From IMG/VR virus record IMGVR_UViG_3300035141_000033, positions 2,401 through 66,400 of that record: a stretch of 64,000 nucleotides of DNA; one strand, 5' to 3'. Below are positions 57,716-64,000 of this stretch, one piece after another. The notes under the pieces were generated by a model. It was given only the letters and a program-made list of their open reading frames with translations, was not told where the DNA came from and made no database searches. Positions within the stretch are counted from its first letter, which is position 1, and each line of letters starts with the position of its first letter. The position numbers and the translations under genes are program-made. This DNA is from a virus. Its lineage: Duplodnaviria; Caudoviricetes.

Positions 57716-58180
57716 TTAAACTCCTTTGTTTAAATTTTTTCTTAAATTATTACTAGCTAAATCATTTCCATCATTTCTTTCTTTAGGTGCAGAATAATAT
57801 TCCTTTATATATAATTGAATCAAATGATCTAACATACTTTTTCTTTGTCTCATACTTTCTTCATTTGCTGCTAATAAATTCATTTCATACTCAGCTTCAA
57901 TTAATTCTTTTCTAGCTTTTTCAACCTCAGCATTATCAACAACGATTGCTGCAATTGAATTTTCAGTTTTTTTCACATCAGGTTCTATTTCCCCTGATCT
58001 GACTTTCAATTGTATTTTTGCTTCAACTCTTTTTAAATTATCTTTAGCTTCGTCTTTAATTTTTTTAGCCATTGCTAATTTTTCAGCATGGTAATGGTAC
58101 AAATCAGGTTGCTGCTCGCATTCTATTTCCAATTTAAATCGATTAATTTTTAAATCTTCTTTTATATTTCTTTCACTCAT
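57716..58180 (-). CDS. UvsY-like recombination mediator candidate
   Basis: Helical EDLKINRFKLE.E...QP.LY..Y/H pattern; adjacent to SSB and RecA-like genes. Confidence 0.5.
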   Translation of the reverse strand: MSERNIKEDLKINRFKLEIECEQQPDLYHYHAEKLAMAKKIKDEAKDNLKRVEAKIQLKVRSGEIEPDVKKTENSIAAIVVDNAEVEKARKELIEAEYEMNLLAANEESMRQRKSMLDHLIQLYIKEYYSAPKERNDGNDLASNNLRKNLNKGV

Positions 58181-59095
58181 TTATTCCTCCATTAAACTTT
58201 GATATGCAGCCAAAATAATACCATTTCTACCGGTATTATATGTAGGTTCAGAAAAACATTCTAAAATATTGGCTGCTTTATAATTATCAGTTTTTAATAA
58301 AACCGCGGACATATAACCCATAACCGCATATCTTATTTTCTCAGAATCAACTTTTTCTAAATTTCGTAAAACTTTAGCAACTGCATTCCAACTATTTGAT
58401 TTAAGCAAAATTCTACAAAATTCAATCACTGCAAGTTCCGTATCTTCGCCTGCTTCTAATACATCCAACATCTTTTCTTCATCTTCTAAATTCATTATTT
58501 TTTCTAATAAAACTAATGCTTTTCTAGGACTTCCACCTGAATTAGCAGCTAATTTTTTTAGAACCAAAGAATCAATTTGTGTTTTTTCCTTTTTAGATAT
58601 TCTACGGACGTGTCTGTATAATTCTTCTTCAGCAATTGGTTCCACCTTAATATGTGTTGTTCTCGTTCTAATTGTAGGTAATAATTTTTGTGGGTCAGTG
58701 GTGCACAAAAAGAAATAAACATGTGCCGGTGTATCTTCTAATGGTTTCAACATTGCTTGTTGCCAATCTTTAGTAGTGGAATGAACTTCATCAATTATAA
58801 AAATCTTAGGATTGCCGTTCATAGTTAAAAATTGCATTCTTTCTATAATATCACGAGCAGTATCAATTCCTCTATTATTAGCGGTATTCACTTCTTCAAT
58901 ACTTAATTCATCAGCACCTAATTCCTTTGCACATATCCTTGCTAAAGTAGTTTTTCCGCAGCCACTAGGTCCAGATAACAAATAAACATGAGAACTATTT
59001 TCTTTCTTTAAACTATTTTGTAACATTTCAATAATAGCTTCATTTCCTAGCATATCCTCGAATGAATCTGGTCTATATTTTCTATATAAATTCAA
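58181..59095 (-). CDS. clamp loader AAA+ subunit (DnaX gamma/tau-like)
   Basis: LYRKYRP.SF, GPSGCGKTT, IIDEVH, MLKPLED, FFLCTT and IRTR. Confidence 0.9.
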   Translation of the reverse strand: MNLYRKYRPDSFEDMLGNEAIIEMLQNSLKKENSSHVYLLSGPSGCGKTTLARICAKELGADELSIEEVNTANNRGIDTARDIIERMQFLTMNGNPKIFIIDEVHSTTKDWQQAMLKPLEDTPAHVYFFLCTTDPQKLLPTIRTRTTHIKVEPIAEEELYRHVRRISKKEKTQIDSLVLKKLAANSGGSPRKALVLLEKIMNLEDEEKMLDVLEAGEDTELAVIEFCRILLKSNSWNAVAKVLRNLEKVDSEKIRYAVMGYMSAVLLKTDNYKAANILECFSEPTYNTGRNGIILAAYQSLMEE

Positions 59096-59106
59096 ATTAA
59101 CCTCCG

Positions 59107-59303
59107 TTATTTTAATTCAATTAAATTAAACTCCTCTATTTGACCTTCAAATTCTTCTTCAGAATATTGAAACGCCCATTTCTGTCCAAAAGTTTCAAAC
59201 ATAATATCTCTTGTTTCTTCTTTAGATCCTTCTAAAACAACATATCTATTAACATAAATAGAACCAAAACCAAAAGTAAAAAACCAATAATTTCACCTTC
59301 CAT
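59107..59303 (-). pseudogene. frameshifted small gene (one base short of a 65-aa ORF)
   Basis: ATG with AAGGAG RBS at 59303 reads 23 aa; the -1 frame gives YWFFTFGFGSIY...MFETFGQKWAFQY to the stop at 59107. Confidence 0.55.
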
Positions 59304-59319
59304 TTTTAAAACACTCCTT

Positions 59320-61851
59320 TTAATATAATTCACATTCTTCTAATGTAGTCCAATCGCCGTCAATTGTTCCTGCTTCTTTCTCTAAAGTTAAAGGAACATT
59401 AATCCAATCCCAGTGTTCTTTAATATATTCAGTCCCATGCTTATTTATCAATTTATCAAATTGAATTTCTTCTGCTGGATGAACATCTGCTACAATAGCA
59501 TCATGAATCTGACCTATAATTTTACTTCTAGCACATAAACCACTTTCTAAATCTCTTTGTAATTTATCTAAAGTGTAAAGTAAACAATGAAAAGCACTAC
59601 CTTGAATTGGATAATTGCCGACTTTCTTAAAATCCATAGGTGGTTGACATATAAACCCAGTTTTCAATTCTACACATTCTTTTTCTTGATACCTTTTCCA
59701 AGTTCTTCTTTTCCAACTTGCATATCCAGGAAAACGTTTATTCCAAAAAATTTCTTCAACTTTTTCTATATGTCTTTGAAATTTATTAAAAGTTATTATT
59801 CCTTTATTTCTTAAATGTTCCTTAATTTCAATATTTGCAGAAATAGTTTCCCAAATCGCCGGTGCTATATTATATGCAGTTGATCCATAGAATGCAGGAA
59901 ACACAAAACCATTTTTACCTATCTGCCTTAAATCTTTTGTTATTTCTGATTTAGCCATTAAAAATATATCAGCAGCTGTATCTCTATGCATATCATTCTT
60001 AGGATTCTTAATATAATTTATCATATTCTCATCCTTATGGTAACATGCTGAAATACAAACCTCAATCCCTTTATAATCATATTCAATTAGTTTATTCCCT
60101 TTTCTAGGAATTATTAAACTTCTAATTCTTTGCTTTGCTTCCTTATCTCTTTTAGGAATATTTTGAAAATTTGGAGCATCAGAACTTGATCTGAATGAAC
60201 GTGCAATATGTAAATTAAAAAAAGGTCTAACAATATCATCTACCTGCTCCCTTTTAAATTGTCCTATATAAGTATCTCTCATTTTTAAATATCTACGATA
60301 ATTAATAATATTTAAAGTAAATTCAGTTCCAATTCTTTGTAATTGTTCTGCATCCACTAATCCGCCTTTTACTGGCTTTTTGTTTCCTAAAATATCATAA
60401 AGCATTGTTGTTAGCTGTTTATCCGAATTTGGGTTAAAGCTGTCTTTATATTGCCATAATTTTACTTCTTTAGAATTCATAATTTCTTCATAAACTCTTT
60501 CAATCTTTCTGGTTAAAATACGATGTTGTTTCTCTAAATTACTCATATTTAAACGCATACCGTTTCCTTCAATATGACTTAAAGAAACCATACTTTTCAT
60601 AAAAAAATCAAAACCAATCTTAATTTTATCAGACATTTTCTTTTTTTGATATTGATATAAATGATGACCATAAAAAGCATCCAAAGCATCATAATATAAT
60701 AAATCACCTAAATCACATCTTTCAATTAAATTTTTAGCATTAGAGCCATACTCTTCTTTTTCAAAAGATTTAGTAATAAATTGATCCACACCACTATCAT
60801 AAGGTAAAATTCCAAATTTGATAAACATTAAAAATTTTAAACCTGTTTTCTTTTGATTATTTAAACAATGAGCTCCAATCAAAGTATCCCAATACCAACC
60901 CTTTACTATAGCATCACATTTGAAATAAGACCAATTATCTTCAAAATCTAATTTATGCGCTATTTTTTTAATATTAGAATTTTCTAAAAAAGTTTTCCAT
61001 TCTTTTTGAAAAACTGGATGATCAAACATTGGAAAAGCAAAAGAAGTTATTCCATCACTTATTGCTACCGTTTTAATTTCATGAACATCTCTATGTGGTT
61101 TTATTCCAGTTGTTTCATAATCAAAACAAATAGGATTTTTTCCATTGGTATATTCTTCAGATTTCAACACACCAATAGCAGATTTCACATTATGAATCGT
61201 ACAAACATTCTTGGTATCAATTTGCTTAGGTAATTCTTTATCTATTAAAAAAACAGCTTTCCTAATATGTTTAAAAAACAACTTCTCATAAACAATATCT
61301 CTTTCTTTCTTATCTCTAATAAACCAAGTTGAATATGTAGGACAAACCCAATACCCTTCTTCATGCATAGGTATTTGTTCTCCTATAAATTCACTCATTT
61401 TTATACCAGTCAACCTTCCAGTAATCTTCTGGCCTATTAATGAACGTAAAGCTTTATCGCCTAATGTAATAATTACTTTAGGTTTTATTTCTGCTATAGT
61501 TTTATTTAACTTTTTTCTACATTCTTGGATAAATAATGGATTATTTTTTGTCGTATGACACCGAATAGCATATACAAAAGCAAAATCTTCTAAAATATTT
61601 CCAGTATTCTTTATAATATTTTTTAAATAGGAACCGGTTGGAGATGATAAAATACCTAATTCATCTTCCCTAGCACTAGGATTTTCTCCAATAAGTAAAA
61701 CATCACTTTTTATATTGCCATATACTTCCATCTTAGGTGAATTACATTTTTTATATAACTGACATGCTTCACAACCAATCCTTCTTTTTGTACTTATTTC
61801 TTTAGTTGCAACAACACCGCCATCACCTAAATCAAAAAACCCTTGATTCAT
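59320..61851 (-). CDS. family A DNA polymerase with N-terminal UDG-like domain and 3'-5' exonuclease
   Basis: CEACQL...IGENP (UDG family 4-like); FDYETTG, AHKLDFE, YDALDA (exonuclease); PNFQNIP, DYKGIE, QIHDAI (polymerase). Confidence 0.92.
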   Translation of the reverse strand: MNQGFFDLGDGGVVATKEISTKRRIGCEACQLYKKCNSPKMEVYGNIKSDVLLIGENPSAREDELGILSSPTGSYLKNIIKNTGNILEDFAFVYAIRCHTTKNNPLFIQECRKKLNKTIAEIKPKVIITLGDKALRSLIGQKITGRLTGIKMSEFIGEQIPMHEEGYWVCPTYSTWFIRDKKERDIVYEKLFFKHIRKAVFLIDKELPKQIDTKNVCTIHNVKSAIGVLKSEEYTNGKNPICFDYETTGIKPHRDVHEIKTVAISDGITSFAFPMFDHPVFQKEWKTFLENSNIKKIAHKLDFEDNWSYFKCDAIVKGWYWDTLIGAHCLNNQKKTGLKFLMFIKFGILPYDSGVDQFITKSFEKEEYGSNAKNLIERCDLGDLLYYDALDAFYGHHLYQYQKKKMSDKIKIGFDFFMKSMVSLSHIEGNGMRLNMSNLEKQHRILTRKIERVYEEIMNSKEVKLWQYKDSFNPNSDKQLTTMLYDILGNKKPVKGGLVDAEQLQRIGTEFTLNIINYRRYLKMRDTYIGQFKREQVDDIVRPFFNLHIARSFRSSSDAPNFQNIPKRDKEAKQRIRSLIIPRKGNKLIEYDYKGIEVCISACYHKDENMINYIKNPKNDMHRDTAADIFLMAKSEITKDLRQIGKNGFVFPAFYGSTAYNIAPAIWETISANIEIKEHLRNKGIITFNKFQRHIEKVEEIFWNKRFPGYASWKRRTWKRYQEKECVELKTGFICQPPMDFKKVGNYPIQGSAFHCLLYTLDKLQRDLESGLCARSKIIGQIHDAIVADVHPAEEIQFDKLINKHGTEYIKEHWDWINVPLTLEKEAGTIDGDWTTLEECELY

Positions 61852-62913
61852 TTATCCCTCTGTAATTGTTGATAATATTTGAATAAAAAATTCATTCTCA
61901 AACGTAAGCACATTTTTAGTTTTATCTACTTTAATTTTTTTAATTGCAATATTTGGACATTTATCAATCGCTTCCATAAGAAAAGAAACATCAGCCATTA
62001 TTGATAAACCAATATCTTTATCAAAAGGTGTAGGTAATTCAATAATTTCAGTAATATCCCCTATATCTTTCTTAGAAAATAATTTTATTTTCTCTTTTTC
62101 TAAAGTTAGAGTAACAACTTCAAATCCTCTAATATTATCAGACATTATACTGATTCTATCAATAGCTTCCTTTATATTTGAAGGGAACACAGTTGCTAAA
62201 TAAGGTTCTTCATTTTGTACTAAATTTTTATATTCCATGAGTTTATCAAAAGGATATTCTTTATCTGCGTTTCTTTTACAAGAAAAAATACTACCATTTT
62301 CTCCTTTAAAATGAACCCATGCGTCACTTATAGCAAAATAAAACATTTTCTCTTTTAATTTTAATAACTCAGTAATACCAAGATCATCTATCCAAAATTG
62401 AGGTAATTCCCTATTTAAACGAAAAGTATTAATTCTAATACGATCAGTAGACACTAAATAAGCGTCTTTAATAAAAAATCCTCTTAAATTATTAGATGAA
62501 TTAGCAATCTTACATAATTTTATTCCTTCATAAAAATTATCAGGTAAAGAAATCCATTCTAAAGAAGAAACCTTCAACTGTGAAATATACTTCAATATAT
62601 CGGTTTCTAACAACTTCAAACGTGCATTGGTGTTTCCTGAAATAATATGCCAATGTTCACCCTCTACATTTATTTCAATTTCTTCAGTTTTTAATTTTTC
62701 AATTAGTTTATAAAATTCTTTTGCTTTTACAACACCTTTTAATTCTGTTAAATAAGGAACAGAAACAGAAACAATCTCATTATATGAATGAATTGCATCT
62801 TCAGTAAAAATAAAAGAATCGGAGCCTTCCAATAAAACAAAACCCGAATCAACTCCACTCATTAATTTTTGTAATTGTTGTAATAATTCTTGTCTATCTA
62901 TCTTCATTTTCAC
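61852..62913 (-). CDS. sliding clamp (DnaN beta-clamp-like)
   Basis: 353 aa, LVSTDRIRI, YPF; adjacent to polymerase and clamp loader. Confidence 0.75.
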   Translation of the reverse strand: MKMKIDRQELLQQLQKLMSGVDSGFVLLEGSDSFIFTEDAIHSYNEIVSVSVPYLTELKGVVKAKEFYKLIEKLKTEEIEINVEGEHWHIISGNTNARLKLLETDILKYISQLKVSSLEWISLPDNFYEGIKLCKIANSSNNLRGFFIKDAYLVSTDRIRINTFRLNRELPQFWIDDLGITELLKLKEKMFYFAISDAWVHFKGENGSIFSCKRNADKEYPFDKLMEYKNLVQNEEPYLATVFPSNIKEAIDRISIMSDNIRGFEVVTLTLEKEKIKLFSKKDIGDITEIIELPTPFDKDIGLSIMADVSFLMEAIDKCPNIAIKKIKVDKTKNVLTFENEFFIQILSTITEG

Positions 62914-63073
62914 CTCGTTTCAAACAAGCATATTTTTCTAAATTATCCTTTTTAACATAAAAAAACGAATCAAAATTATATTTCACTTTTTCAATCACAC
63001 TTATAGTTTTTTCCTGATTTTCAGGATGTTTGGTCGTTTCTCTATATTTAGTATTGGCTAAAAATAATTTCAT
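62894..63073 (-). CDS. 59-aa ORF resembling an N-terminal fragment of TGT-like proteins
   Basis: MKLFLAN...FDSFFY; ATGA-coupled to the DpdA-like gene. Confidence 0.4.
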   Translation of the reverse strand: MKLFLANTKYRETTKHPENQEKTISVIEKVKYNFDSFFYVKKDNLEKYACLKRGENEDR

Positions 63074-63921
63074 AATAAAAAAAACCTCCTATCATTAAAT
63101 CGAGATTTCCAAAAAACGGAAATATCTAATTTATTCAATTCTTCGTTTAATTTTTGATAATATCTAATATTAACAATATGTCTCATATAATTTCCTTTTT
63201 CAAAAAAATCAGATATGGCTATATTAAAATAAGATAAATAAATTTCTAATAATTCTCTTTTATATTCTGTATATGGTCTGAATTTATGTAAATCACCAAC
63301 AGCTAAAATACTTGGTTGTTCCAACCATAAAAAAGAACCGTTTCTATATTTAGGAATGAGAATTTTACCATAGGAACTATATTTCACCCAAGAAGTAGAA
63401 TCAACAGAAAACCAAGGATACCTTTTCATTAATGTTAAAGACGTCACTGCCAAACCATGTACTTTTATTTTAGGATCGCCGGAATCATTTAATAAATATT
63501 TTGTCCATAAATCATCCAATATAGGTACAACAGTAGAAGTTGGGTTTGGAACAATTCCGCCTAAACAAAGAAAACCATCTCCTTCTTCTATATATTTTTC
63601 CAACCATATAGGATCACCTCCTATATGAAAAACAGGTAATGGTTTTAATCCTCTATTTCTTAAATATTTCCACGATTCATAAGAAGCTTTATCATTATTA
63701 ATTATATCTAAAGAAATATATTCAAATAACATATCTGAATTCTTTTTAACAAAATCAATATACTCCTCTCTAAAATTAAAATAAATATCCGTTTCATAAA
63801 AGGAAAAATCTAAAGAATGTCTGTCTTGAAAATAATCACCCATAACATTTCCTTCTTTATTCTTGCGCACATATTTATTATACAAAGAAACTGCGCCGGA
63901 ATCCAAAAATAATTTATTCAT
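63070..63921 (-). CDS. tRNA-guanine transglycosylase-like DNA-modification enzyme (DpdA-like)
   Basis: LFLDSGA.S, LDII, PLPVFH.G, LGG, KVHGL and RYPWFSVDSTSW. Confidence 0.75.
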   Translation of the reverse strand: MNKLFLDSGAVSLYNKYVRKNKEGNVMGDYFQDRHSLDFSFYETDIYFNFREEYIDFVKKNSDMLFEYISLDIINNDKASYESWKYLRNRGLKPLPVFHIGGDPIWLEKYIEEGDGFLCLGGIVPNPTSTVVPILDDLWTKYLLNDSGDPKIKVHGLAVTSLTLMKRYPWFSVDSTSWVKYSSYGKILIPKYRNGSFLWLEQPSILAVGDLHKFRPYTEYKRELLEIYLSYFNIAISDFFEKGNYMRHIVNIRYYQKLNEELNKLDISVFWKSRFNDRRFFLL

Positions 63922-64000
63922 TCAATTCCTCTATTAATCTTTTTTTAGAATTTCTAAAAAATTCACAAAATAAATGATACTGAGAATCTATTAGAGTTTG

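Noticed and set aside
310-61233. Many short opposite-strand ORFs in the track (e.g. 6030, 12013, 45428, 59587)
   Set aside because: They are antisense to well-supported genes, lack RBSs and have Phe/Leu/Ser-rich shadow composition
1-64000. Stop-codon reassignment (TAG or TGA)
   Set aside because: Large genes are intact in code 11, and TAG/TGA terminate genes at coupled junctions

Overview
This window is a large part of the genome of an AT-rich tailed dsDNA phage (Caudoviricetes, probably siphovirus-like); no integrase, repressor, rRNA, tRNA or CRISPR array was recognised. Most genes lie on the minus strand. Modules: (i) 7-deazaguanine DNA-modification genes at both ends (QueD-like, PRTase-FolE fusion, QueE and QueD at the left; DpdA/TGT-like at the right); (ii) replication and recombination genes (DnaB-like and SF2 helicases, primase, initiator-like protein, split SbcC/Rad50 with SbcD, RecA-like, SSB-like, RuvC-like, family A polymerase with a UDG-like domain, beta-clamp-like and DnaX-like proteins); (iii) lysis cassette; (iv) tail module with carbohydrate-active domains; (v) Mu-like head module with a portal-MuF fusion and a PBSX-type terminase. 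The most striking element is a ~9 kb, 14-ORF nonulosonic (sialic-like) acid biosynthesis and glycosylation cluster (two NeuB, NeuA, HAD phosphatase, GT29-like, Maf-like and GT8 transferases, three methyltransferases, an Asp-box propeller) inserted between the tail terminator and major tail genes, suggesting a virion sialylation system. Two classes of repeated promoter cassettes, several candidate structured RNAs and two interrupted small genes were also found. All functional calls come from motif recognition by eye; no database search was run.
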